64,000 nt of DNA, from positions 14,929 through 78,928 of the forward strand of contig JAUNSR010000007.1 in the NCBI GenBank assembly GCA_030539115.1. The letters are read 5' to 3'. Below are positions 40,776-49,294 of the stretch, piece by piece. The position numbers and the translations under genes were made by a program. This DNA comes from Bacteroidales bacterium (GTDB lineage: Bacteria > Bacteroidota > Bacteroidia > Bacteroidales > JAUNSR01). Numbering within the stretch: the first letter of the stretch is position 1; every line of letters begins with the position of its first letter. The notes beneath the pieces are model-generated. The model was not told the DNA's origin, made no database searches, and saw only the letters and a program-made list of their open reading frames with translations.

Positions 40776-41507
40776 ATGATTATAAAAAATAGAATATTAT
40801 TGATATTTCTTGCCGGATTCCTATTCATAATTATAGGTCATTCTCAGATTGATACAATAAAAAGTGATACATTTTCATCAATTTTAGAAAAGAATACATT
40901 ATTAAATAAAAAGAAAACCGGAGAGATAGTTCCACCATACAGGGCTGCCGATAATATGGAAGCTTATCCTGCCAATAATTTGTATAATACATGGACTTCT
41001 GAATTTCTGACACCTTATTCATTTCCTAAATCAAATATTCCTGATACCTTTTCTATCAATCTTGCCGGTTTTAATTTTCCTACTGATGGAAAGGTTACCT
41101 CAAACTTCGGTTATAGAAGCCCACGCCAGCATTATGGTATAGATTTAAAAATAAGCATGAAAGATACAATAAGAGCTGCCTTTGCCGGTAAGGTTAGAAT
41201 TGAGAGATATGAGCCAAGGGGATATGGCTATTATATTGTAATCAGGCATTCCAACGGACTTGAAACTATTTACGGTCATCTGTCAAAGTTCTTAGTTAAG
41301 GTTAATCAGTATGTAACCTCAGGAGAGCCAATAGCTTTAGGCGGTAATAGTGGACGATCAACAGGTCCACATCTGCATTTTGAGACAAGATTTCTTGGAA
41401 ATCCTTTAAATCCAAGTGATTTAATTGATTTTAATAATAAAAGTCTTTTAGCCTCAACATATACCTATGTCAAAGACAAAAAAATTACAAGAACAGCCAA
41501 GAAATAA
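40776..41507 (+). CDS. M23 family metallopeptidase (LytM-like)
   Basis: HYGIDL and GNSGRSTGPHLHFE zinc-ligand motifs, with an N-terminal signal/anchor. Confidence 0.85.
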   Translation: MIIKNRILLIFLAGFLFIIIGHSQIDTIKSDTFSSILEKNTLLNKKKTGEIVPPYRAADNMEAYPANNLYNTWTSEFLTPYSFPKSNIPDTFSINLAGFNFPTDGKVTSNFGYRSPRQHYGIDLKISMKDTIRAAFAGKVRIERYEPRGYGYYIVIRHSNGLETIYGHLSKFLVKVNQYVTSGEPIALGGNSGRSTGPHLHFETRFLGNPLNPSDLIDFNNKSLLASTYTYVKDKKITRTAKK

Positions 41508-41669
41508 TATTTTATACGCTGCTGTATTTTTTTGTTAAATATTAAATCAAGGAAAATGCGATAACTACCAAAAAAGAATTTTTATAATATAGAATATCAA
41601 ACAATGTTATTTTAGGAATGTTCTATGTTTATAATGTTTAGAGTTAATAATATAATTTGATATGAAATT

Positions 41670-42044
41670 ATGTCTGAAATAAATAAACCATTGGTTAAAC
41701 AATCATTTGAGATAATTAGAAATTTTCTCAAAAGTGCTGTTCCTCCCTGCACTGCAACAGTCGATACTACAACTCATTATGAAGTGGTAGCTGAAAATAA
41801 TGGACAAAAACACATTTATGGATATTGTATAGCTCATAGAAATGTCGTTACTCTTGGATTTGATGAAAATATTCCTGAGGAAGATTTTAAACGACTTATA
41901 CCAAAAAGATTAAGAGAGATGATGAATGAGCATCGTCGCTTGGAAATAAGAGAAGTTCAGGTAAATGAATTAAGAGCTGATATTCAAGATGCACTAAATA
42001 AACTGTTATATTATTTTAATGAAAAAAACTGGTATCCAATTTAA
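41670..42044 (+). CDS. hypothetical protein, paralog 1 of a tandem pair (remote DUF1801/YdhG-like resemblance, uncertain)
   Basis: 124 aa. Shares ..NFL..AVPP....D...HYEV.A.N... and a C-terminal ..LLYYF/LLQYF motif with the next ORF. Confidence 0.4.
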   Translation: MSEINKPLVKQSFEIIRNFLKSAVPPCTATVDTTTHYEVVAENNGQKHIYGYCIAHRNVVTLGFDENIPEEDFKRLIPKRLREMMNEHRRLEIREVQVNELRADIQDALNKLLYYFNEKNWYPI

Positions 42045-42056
42045 TTAATTAAAACT

Positions 42057-42425
42057 ATGCACAAGCTTAAAGTTATATTTAAAAGAATAATAAATTATCT
42101 TCATGCCGCGGTTCCTCCATTATATTTAAAGATTGATCAGGAGCATCATTATGAAGTTTGGGCAAAGAATGATAACAAAGAAACTTTTTTTGCTAAGGTT
42201 GTTTTAAATGAAAGCAGCGCTGATCTTGCGTTCTATAAAGACTTAACAAGAGAGGAAGAGTGGCTGATGTTTCCAGGTGATATTTTTAAAAGAATGGAAA
42301 ATACTTTTGAATGTCATATAAGCGATCTTTCTCCAGAGCTTGAGGATAATATTAAAGAGGTTATAGATAATCTTCTTCAGTATTTTGTTGACAACAAACT
42401 TCTTCCTCCTCCTGAGAAATTCTAA
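42057..42425 (+). CDS. hypothetical protein, paralog 2 of the tandem pair
   Basis: 122 aa, collinear with 41670..42044 (AAVPPLYLKIDQEHHYEVWAKNDN versus SAVPPCTATVDTTTHYEVVAENNG). Confidence 0.4.
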   Translation: MHKLKVIFKRIINYLHAAVPPLYLKIDQEHHYEVWAKNDNKETFFAKVVLNESSADLAFYKDLTREEEWLMFPGDIFKRMENTFECHISDLSPELEDNIKEVIDNLLQYFVDNKLLPPPEKF

Positions 42426-42609
42426 ATATATTAATGAAATATATAAATCAATTGTTTGCAACGGGGCAATAATTTATTAAATCATAAGATGTGTATTTAC
42501 AGTTTAATTAATGTAAATATGTGAATAGCCTTTAATATTAGGCTTTTACAAGTACATACAATAAAATAAAATGATGAACAAATGAAGTTAACTCCTTTTA
42601 TTTTATTTC

Positions 42610-42933
42610 TTACTCCGAAAGAATAGAATTTCTTTTAAAAGCAAACACTATCAGAAATAGTATAGCAAAAAGAGTTATATAGGTAGAGGTTGGAGAGTAT
42701 TCCTTTTCAATTGAAAAAATAGGATTATAATAAATTGCCCCCATTAATAATGCCAGATTCCATACTGCAAGACTTTTATTTCTAAAATCTTTCCATGCCA
42801 ACCATAAAAATCCGCCGCATACAATAGATTTCCATACTTGTGTAAACCAATGTTCTGAAGATGGCAGCCAAGACATAATAGGAAACAGGCTTATTACAAG
42901 AACTGCAACACAAATTAATGATACTGTTTTCAT
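42610..42933 (-). CDS. hypothetical small membrane protein (3-4 TM)
   Basis: 107 aa, hydrophobic throughout. Confidence 0.45.
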   Translation of the reverse strand: MKTVSLICVAVLVISLFPIMSWLPSSEHWFTQVWKSIVCGGFLWLAWKDFRNKSLAVWNLALLMGAIYYNPIFSIEKEYSPTSTYITLFAILFLIVFAFKRNSILSE

Positions 42934-42940
42934 AAAAATA

Positions 42941-43018
42941 TATTCCTTGTAAGACCAATTGATATATATATATATATTTTAAACACAAATAATTCAATTT
43001 AGTTTCTTACAAGGAATA
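42941..43018. repeat. perfect 14-bp inverted repeat enclosing a 50-nt segment with (AT)8
   Basis: TATTCCTTGTAAGA (42941-42954) and TCTTACAAGGAATA (43005-43018). The (AT)8 tract is at 42962-42977. The first arm ends 8 nt from the ATG of the 42933 gene. Confidence 0.85.
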
Positions 43019-43167
43019 TAAAGATTATCTCATATAATTCCAAAATTAAAGAGGTCGCATTTATTAATTAAAAATAACATTAACAATACTATATATAATT
43101 AAGGTCAATCCTCATTTTAAATCAATTATATAAAAATATGCTAAATAAACGTTCTTTAGCAACTTTA

Positions 43168-43467
43168 TTAAGCCGATTCTATATCAGATGCTATTTTTAG
43201 AATCTTCATGATTCTAACATCCTTAAGTGAATAATAGGCGTTTCTTCCATCTCTTTCAAGAGATAAAAGTCCCTTAGAATGCATATCTAAAACATGATGT
43301 GAAACCAACGGTTGAGCAAATCCCGTTTTTTCAGAAATATCGCCTACAGATAGGCGTTTGCATTTAGATAAAAGATTTATGATTATTATCCTATTAGGAT
43401 GACTCATGGCACGTAATGTCTGAGACATTATTTCCACATTTTCCGAAGAATTATTATTTATTGCCAT
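43168..43467 (-). CDS. ArsR/SmtB-family transcriptional regulator
   Basis: LRAMSHPNRIIIINLL...VGDISEKTGFAQPLVSHHVLDMHSKGLL winged-helix pattern. Confidence 0.8.
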   Translation of the reverse strand: MAINNNSSENVEIMSQTLRAMSHPNRIIIINLLSKCKRLSVGDISEKTGFAQPLVSHHVLDMHSKGLLSLERDGRNAYYSLKDVRIMKILKIASDIESA

Positions 43468-43642
43468 ATAGAATAGTTTAATATAACATTAAAATTATAT
43501 ATAATTAATCAATAAATCAATATATATTTATTTATTTTTTGATTATTCCTTGATTTTAATATTTATCAATCAGAAGTTGTAATATAATATTTGGATATTT
43601 ATTGAAATTCATATCAAAAACATATTAATTAAGGATTTACAT

Positions 43643-43785
43643 ATCTATTTAGTAAGTAATTATATATTTGATATTGTTTAAACATGATATTATGATATTA
43701 GCTTAAGATAAACTATCATTTGAAATAATGATATTAGCTTAAGATAAATCAAACATGATATAATGATGTTAGCTTAAGATAAACC
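43643..43785. repeat. iteron-like array: three 35/36-bp tandem units with ATGATATTAGCTTAAGATAAA core plus one inverted degenerate box
   Basis: Units start at 43692, 43728 and 43763, with CTTAAG at 43702, 43738 and 43773. A degenerate opposite-orientation box ATCTATTTAGTAAGTAATT is at 43643-43661. Confidence 0.8.
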
Positions 43786-43806
43786 ATACGCGATTATATA
43801 AAACAA

Positions 43807-43849
43807 TAATGGTCGGAAACTCTAATAAAAATAGAATCTCCGACCATTA
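43807..43849 (-). terminator. hairpin downstream of def
   Basis: TAATGGTCGGA-N21-TCCGACCATTA, with a T-rich tract on the minus strand. Confidence 0.55.
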
Positions 43850-43892
43850 CTGTTTTTATTAACAGGACAATAAAGAATTAAATTTCTATTAA

Positions 43893-44486
43893 TTATTCTA
43901 TTGTCTCAACAATTTTATCAATATAAAGAGTGCCATCCAAATGGTCTATTTCATGTTGAAAAATAATAGCAGTAAAGCCGTTAATTGTTTCCTGTTTTAT
44001 TTGCTTGTCGTTATCTAAATACTCAATCTTTACAGAAGCGTATCTAATAACATCGCCTTTTTTGTCGGGCACAGACAAACAACCCTCTGTACTTACAACA
44101 GTTGAATCTGAATGAGCAACAATAACAGGATTAATATAAAATTCAAAAGGATTATCCTCTTTGTCAAATCTTTGAACGGCAATTAATTTTCTTAATATTC
44201 CAACTTGTGGAGCAGCTATTCCAACACCAGGATGTTCAGGATTTTTTACTGTGGCAAGCATTTTGGATTTTAATTTTTCAAGAGTCAAATCTTTAATCTC
44301 GTCTTTATTGAAAGAATTGGATTTTTCCCTTAAAAGTTCGTTTTCCTGCTCATTGTCATACGTGTAAAGATTTAGAATCAAATTTTCAGAATTGATAATA
44401 GCTAATTCCTGAGGAGTAAATATTTTGTTTTGAGATGTACAACTTATAATCATAAGAGAAATAATAAAAATTAAAGGGTTCTTCAT
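43893..44486 (-). CDS. def: peptide deformylase with N-terminal lipoprotein-type signal peptide
   Basis: PDF motifs GVGIAAPQVG, EGCLS and HEIDH. N-terminus is MKNPLIFIISLMIISC, followed by an extension of about 60 aa. Confidence 0.8.
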   Translation of the reverse strand: MKNPLIFIISLMIISCTSQNKIFTPQELAIINSENLILNLYTYDNEQENELLREKSNSFNKDEIKDLTLEKLKSKMLATVKNPEHPGVGIAAPQVGILRKLIAVQRFDKEDNPFEFYINPVIVAHSDSTVVSTEGCLSVPDKKGDVIRYASVKIEYLDNDKQIKQETINGFTAIIFQHEIDHLDGTLYIDKIVETIE

Positions 44487-44651
44487 TGTTCGATTTTTTT
44501 AATTTTTTATTAAGAAAAAATAAAAATCAATTTTAGACAGATCATTAAAATAATCTATCGAAATACTGTTTAATTATGATTCTTCAAAGATAATGATAAA
44601 AAATAAATTAATAATTCTTTATCTATACTTAGAATTAGATAAAAAGCCGTT

Positions 44652-45512
44652 TTAAATATTCTTATTAAGCTTTCTATATTTTGAAGGAGAAACTCCTAAA
44701 TTATGAGTAAAAACTCTTATGAAATGAGGCAAATCGTTAAAACCTACTATATAACAAATCTCTGATATAAGTTTTTGTGAATTTTTTAATAGTTCACATG
44801 CTGTGTCCAATCGATACTGAGTTAAATAATGAGAGAATGTTATTCCTTTTTGCTTTTTAAAATAAGTACAAAATGCAGACCTATTCATGCCGACATGGTG
44901 AGCTATATCATCAAGAGATATACAATGTACATAATGAGCCATTACATATGCACTTATTTGCTGCATTCTTACTGCATCCTTTTCCAACCTAAGAGGCTTG
45001 CCTATAAAAGTATAGTCAGTGGCAGTGAAAATAACAGGCAATAATCTAAACATGGTGCAAAGTCTATCCAATTCATCCATTTCATTCATATCTGTCAAGG
45101 CTTTGCGAATAAATCTGGAACTTTCAGGACCGAACTTTATTGCTTCAACCGGAAAATTAATTCCTGAGAAACGATTTCTTAATTCCGGAAATGTCTTTAT
45201 ACATTTATCAACTAAAGAGTGACTGAAAGCCGACATTAAATAATTGATATATCCATTGGAATCTGCTGAATGCTTATCATATTCCCATTTATGAATCATG
45301 GATGGAGGTATCAATACAACATCTCCTGCACTAAAAGGCAATAATGTATCACCTGCCATTCTATTGCCATGTCCTTGAACAACAAAATATAATTCCCAGG
45401 CATCATGTTGATGCAGTTTTGCCTCTAAACTTAAATCTATACGTTGATTGATATAGAAAAAAGAATGGTTTTCAACTTCCGGCAATTTATATGGTATTAT
45501 AAATTCTTCCAT
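44652..45512 (-). CDS. AraC-family transcriptional regulator (cupin-type sensor plus HTH)
   Basis: N-terminal cupin-like HQHDAWELYFVVQG. C-terminal ..ICYIVGFNDLPHFIRVFTHNLGVSPSKYR. Confidence 0.85.
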   Translation of the reverse strand: MEEFIIPYKLPEVENHSFFYINQRIDLSLEAKLHQHDAWELYFVVQGHGNRMAGDTLLPFSAGDVVLIPPSMIHKWEYDKHSADSNGYINYLMSAFSHSLVDKCIKTFPELRNRFSGINFPVEAIKFGPESSRFIRKALTDMNEMDELDRLCTMFRLLPVIFTATDYTFIGKPLRLEKDAVRMQQISAYVMAHYVHCISLDDIAHHVGMNRSAFCTYFKKQKGITFSHYLTQYRLDTACELLKNSQKLISEICYIVGFNDLPHFIRVFTHNLGVSPSKYRKLNKNI

Positions 45513-45547
45513 TTAACAGAATTCTTGTGGTAAATATAAATATTCAA

Positions 45548-45555
45548 CAAATATA
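45548..45555 (-). promoter_or_regulatory. candidate -7 box (TATATTTG on the minus strand)
   Basis: The + strand reads CAAATATA, 36 nt upstream of the ATG at 45512. Confidence 0.4.
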
Positions 45556-45625
45556 TGAAACAATATCACAAATAATAGGCAATTAAATATGGTTTATTTG
45601 CCAATTGAATACAAAAATTTTATTT

Positions 45626-47443
45626 ATGAATCAAAATAACTTTTTAATTTCCTCCAAACCAAGATATGAGATTCTTGATGGGCTTCGAGGTGTGGCAGCA
45701 TTAGTTGTTGTTGCATTCCATATCTTAGAAACCTATTCCAAAGGGCCTGCTTATCATGTTATCAATCATGGTTATCTTGGAGTAGACTTTTTTTTCGCTC
45801 TTTCTGGTTTTGTGATTGGTTATGCTTATGATGACCGTTGGAATAGAATGTCGTTAAAAGATTTCTTCAAACGTCGTATTGTTCGATTACATCCATTGGT
45901 AATATTAGGATGTGTTTTTGGTCTTTTTATGTTTTATTTTACTGATTCATCATTCTTCCCATTAGTTAATGAAGCACCCTTATGGAAAGTTTCTATTTTA
46001 TTCATATTAGCTTCTCTAATGATTCCTTCACTTACTAAATGGGATATAAGAGGATGGCAGGAAATGAATGTATTCAATAATCCTACATGGTCTTTGACAT
46101 ATGAATATATTGCAAACATATTGTATGCTCTATTCATTCGTCGTTTCAATACTAAAACACTTGCTTTTTTTGTTTTTTTATTTTCATTGTTTACAATAAA
46201 TCTAACAATGAATATTGATGCTTTGGGAGTATGGAAAACACGAACAAATGAAGCCTTTACAGTTATTGGTGGATGGTCGATGACAATAGACCAAATTATT
46301 ATAGGATTTACACGCCTTTTATATCCTTTCTTTATAGGTTTACTGCTGTCTCGTATTGGTAAACGTATTAAAGTAAAAGCAGGTTTTTGGATTTGTTCCA
46401 TAATTATTTTAATCTCACAGTTTATGCCTCGCATAGGAGGAGAAGAACATCTATGGATGAACGGGCTATATGAAACAATAATTATTTTGTTTGTTTTTCC
46501 TCTTGTTGTAAGCATCGGCGCCGGCAGTGAAGTAAAAGGTAAAACTTCACAATCTCTTTGCAAATTTCTTGGGGAAATATCTTATCCCTTATATATAATG
46601 CACTATCCTTTTGCCTATTTGCAGATGAAATGGGTAAGTGAGCATCAAGATTCTCCTTTATCCATACATGTATTTGTTGGCATCTCTGTATTCTTTCTTG
46701 CAATAGGTGTTTCTTATGCCGCTCTTAGAGTGTATGACATTCCTGTTCGTGAATGGCTTACCCGTAATTGGATAAAAACAAATAAAAATGTCAAAAATGA
46801 TAAACCTGTTATTGCTATGGAATTGTATGATGTAATGGACAAACGTCGCACTTATCGTGACTTTACAGATCGTGAAGTAAGTGATAAAATACTTAAAAGA
46901 GTAATAAATTCAGCTTTTAAAGCTCCTACAAACGACCATCTTCGTCAACTTGAATTTGTTGTTGTTAGAGGTCGAGAGAATATTGGCAAAATAATTGCTC
47001 CTCTTGGAAAGAATATTGATGATTTTAAAAAACTTGTTTTCGAGGTAAATGATTCAGCCGATAAAGATAAAATGGATATGTTTGCAGATGCACTTCCAAA
47101 ACAGCAAAAAATGTTGATGGAGAGTGGACTGCTTATCATACCTTTCTATAGACAAAAACAAACTCCTTTACTTAAACCTTCTGAACAAAGCTCATTAAAT
47201 TATTTTGCCTCTGCATGGTGTGCATTAGAAAATATGTTGCTTGCTGCAACACAAGAGGGATTAGGAAGTGTATTTCATATTCCTGTAAGCGATGAAACGG
47301 ATAAAATAAAGAAGTTGGTAGGAGCTCCTGAAGAGTATGAATTCATATGTCTTCTTACAATCGGATATCCTGCAGAAAATGCTTTTATTCCAAAGCAAAA
47401 GCAAATAAATGTTGAAGATAGGATACATGAGAATGTTTGGTAA
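45626..47443 (+). CDS. fusion protein: acyltransferase family 3 (membrane) N-terminal domain plus nitroreductase C-terminal domain
   Basis: The track ORF begins at a TTG (45605); the first ATG is at 45626 (MNQNNF..). YEILDGLRGVAALVVVAFH plus about 10 TM helices indicate Acyl_transf_3. From about residue 400, YDVMDKRRTYRDF...APTNDHLRQLEFVVV...GYPAEN is nitroreductase-like. Confidence 0.75.
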   Translation: MNQNNFLISSKPRYEILDGLRGVAALVVVAFHILETYSKGPAYHVINHGYLGVDFFFALSGFVIGYAYDDRWNRMSLKDFFKRRIVRLHPLVILGCVFGLFMFYFTDSSFFPLVNEAPLWKVSILFILASLMIPSLTKWDIRGWQEMNVFNNPTWSLTYEYIANILYALFIRRFNTKTLAFFVFLFSLFTINLTMNIDALGVWKTRTNEAFTVIGGWSMTIDQIIIGFTRLLYPFFIGLLLSRIGKRIKVKAGFWICSIIILISQFMPRIGGEEHLWMNGLYETIIILFVFPLVVSIGAGSEVKGKTSQSLCKFLGEISYPLYIMHYPFAYLQMKWVSEHQDSPLSIHVFVGISVFFLAIGVSYAALRVYDIPVREWLTRNWIKTNKNVKNDKPVIAMELYDVMDKRRTYRDFTDREVSDKILKRVINSAFKAPTNDHLRQLEFVVVRGRENIGKIIAPLGKNIDDFKKLVFEVNDSADKDKMDMFADALPKQQKMLMESGLLIIPFYRQKQTPLLKPSEQSSLNYFASAWCALENMLLAATQEGLGSVFHIPVSDETDKIKKLVGAPEEYEFICLLTIGYPAENAFIPKQKQINVEDRIHENVW

Positions 47444-47491
47444 TTGAGAAGATTAATTTATGCTGAATTCAAGTTTTTTTGACAATACGTT

Positions 47492-47595
47492 TTTAAAACG
47501 CCATAACTCACTAAAAGTTGAGATACCCAACAAAAGGTATATTAATGGCGCATTTGTACCTTAGTGTAAAAAATTAAATTATATATAAATTAAAA
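47492..47595 (+). repeat. AFSR repeat copy C (both flanking ATG-type heptamers read TTAAAA)
   Basis: TTTAAAA-CGCCATAACTCACTAAAAGTTGAGATACCCAACAAAAGGTATATTAATGGCGCATTTGTACCTTAGTG..ATTATATATAA-ATTAAAA. It ends 43 nt upstream of the ATG at 47638. Confidence 0.8.
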
Positions 47596-47637
47596 AGGCT
47601 TCTGAACATATTTAAACATAAAATAAAAGCAACTACT

Positions 47638-48561
47638 ATGATAATTAATACCGGTGGGCGTACTGATACAGTACAATACTTTACAAAATGGTTGTTGAAA
47701 CGTTTTAAAGAGGGATACGTCTATTCCAGAAACCCATTATTCCCCAATAAAGTAACTCGGTATGATCTTACACCGGATAATGTTGATGTTGTAATGTTTT
47801 GTTCAAAAAACTATGAACCTATATTAGATGAATTACCTAACATTATCAATCGTTTTCATACATATTTCCACTACACTATTACAGCTTATGGAAAAGATAT
47901 AGAGCCCGGAGTTCCATCAATAGCTAAAAGCATCGAAACTCTAAAAAAACTTTCTGCAATAGTAGGAAAGCAGAGAGTCGCTTGGCGATATGATCCTGTT
48001 TTGTTAACAGATAAATACACTGTAAAAGTTCATATGGAAACATTTGAGTACTTGGCAAAAGAATTATCTCCATATGTGGACAGGTGTATTTTTAGTTTTG
48101 TGGAAATGTATAAAAAGTTGGAAACTAATATGCCTGAATTAATCCCATTGACAGAAATTGACAAAGAAACATTGACAAATGGGTTGGGTGAGATTGCTAA
48201 AAAAAATGAATTATATATTCAAACATGCGGTACAAATGGGGATTATTCCAAACAAGGAATTCATTCATCAGGCTGCATGACACTAAAAATGGTTGGAAAG
48301 GCCAATGAAATATCTTTTAGAGATCTAAAGCATAAAGGCATGAGAGAAGGCTGCCATTGCATGGAAAGCAGGGATATTGGTGCTTATGATACTTGTTTGA
48401 ATGGCTGTAAGTATTGTTATGCAAACAAAAGGCCGGAAAAGGCATTTGAAAACTTTAAACTTCATGATCCTGATTCTCCATTATTTCTTGGCCATATAAA
48501 GGAAACCGATGTAATAATGCAGGGTAATCAAAAAAGTTTTCTTGTGACAAAACATAAATAA
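47638..48561 (+). CDS. DUF1848 domain-containing protein (Fe-S, DNA-repair-photolyase-like)
   Basis: IINTGGRTDTVQYFTKWLLKRFKEGYV start and C-terminal cysteine cluster GCHCMESRDIGAYDTCLNGCKYCYAN. Confidence 0.65.
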   Translation: MIINTGGRTDTVQYFTKWLLKRFKEGYVYSRNPLFPNKVTRYDLTPDNVDVVMFCSKNYEPILDELPNIINRFHTYFHYTITAYGKDIEPGVPSIAKSIETLKKLSAIVGKQRVAWRYDPVLLTDKYTVKVHMETFEYLAKELSPYVDRCIFSFVEMYKKLETNMPELIPLTEIDKETLTNGLGEIAKKNELYIQTCGTNGDYSKQGIHSSGCMTLKMVGKANEISFRDLKHKGMREGCHCMESRDIGAYDTCLNGCKYCYANKRPEKAFENFKLHDPDSPLFLGHIKETDVIMQGNQKSFLVTKHK

Positions 48562-48606
48562 ATTATTCTTACGATAATCTCCAAATACAAAATAATAGCG
48601 ATACTA

Positions 48607-48753
48607 ATGTTTATCTCTACTTTTTATGCTATTGCTAAAGAAAGAGAGGATGAATCATTTCCTTTTAATCATCATCAATTAAAGAGAGAGTGTATTGAAC
48701 TATCAAATGGAGTATTTGCATTTGTAGGTTACAGTTCTTCAAATTTTGGATAA
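48607..48753 (+). pseudogene. N-terminal fragment resembling an MBL-fold hydrolase (truncated)
   Basis: Short ORF MFISTFYAIAKE...IELSNGVFAFVGYSSSNFG ends in a double stop. A +1 shift continues IIKTNHGYILIN, which is MBL-like. The assignment is weak. Confidence 0.3.
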
Positions 48754-48759
48754 TAAAAA

Positions 48760-49185
48760 CTAATCACGGTTATATATTAATTAATGAAGCTAAAAATATA
48801 TCAACTCTGGCAGGAGGAACAAATAAATTTATAAGTGCTGTAAATAAGGCTTTAGATCAAAAAAAATTCTTCCTGCTTAATATTCCCATATTTTTTGCAG
48901 AAAACTTCGATGTATCAATCACAAAATGTTTTTGGCTTAATTAATTATGGAGCTACTTGGGCTCTTATTGAAAACATACTTCTTTCTTCAACAGCAGAGA
49001 ACCTCGGTTGTGCTATTCATGTTCCGGTAGGAAAAGAAGATTCCACCTTTCATTCGCTTCTAAATGTTCCTGATAATTATACTCTTCCGGCTATAATAGG
49101 AATAGGATTCCCGGATGAGAATGCTCAAACGCCGACTCAAGTATCGGCAACGATAGAAGAAAAAGTGCATTGGGAAAAATGGTAA
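48760..49185 (+). pseudogene. nitroreductase C-terminal remnant (frameshifted, lacks the N-terminal two thirds)
   Basis: ORF 48895..49185 (..NYGATWALIENILLSSTAENLGCAIHVPVG...GIGFPDEN...) aligns with the C-terminus of 45626..47443 (..NYFASAWCALENMLLAATQEGLGSVFHIPVS...TIGYPAEN). An upstream piece LLNIPIFFAE, in another frame, aligns with LLIIPFYRQK. Confidence 0.6.
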
Positions 49186-49246
49186 GAGTAAGCAGTGACT
49201 TATTTAAAGATTTTAGAATGAACTGCATTTTAGTCAAATAATTCAT

Positions 49247-49283
49247 AAAAAAGCCATCCCTTTAATAAAAGGATGGCTTTTTT
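49247..49283. terminator. bidirectional rho-independent terminator
   Basis: AAAAAAGCCATCC-N11-GGATGGCTTTTTT. Confidence 0.8.
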
Positions 49284-49294
49284 AAATTAATATT

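Noticed and set aside
43643-43785. Interpretation of the CTTAAG iteron-like arrays as a plasmid or chromosomal replication origin
   Set aside because: The window contains no rep, dnaA, par or mobilisation gene and no DnaA-box cluster. The arrays are reported only as candidate protein-binding repeats.
45934-46563. 209-aa minus-strand ORF, and similar long antisense ORFs (60958..61617, 21133..21594, 36658..37086, 50885..51175)
   Set aside because: Each is fully embedded antisense in a CDS with strong family motifs (acyltransferase, FucI, membrane protein, GH35, beta-helix protein). Their translations are low-complexity and Cys/Arg/Ile-rich, as expected for shadows in AT-rich DNA.
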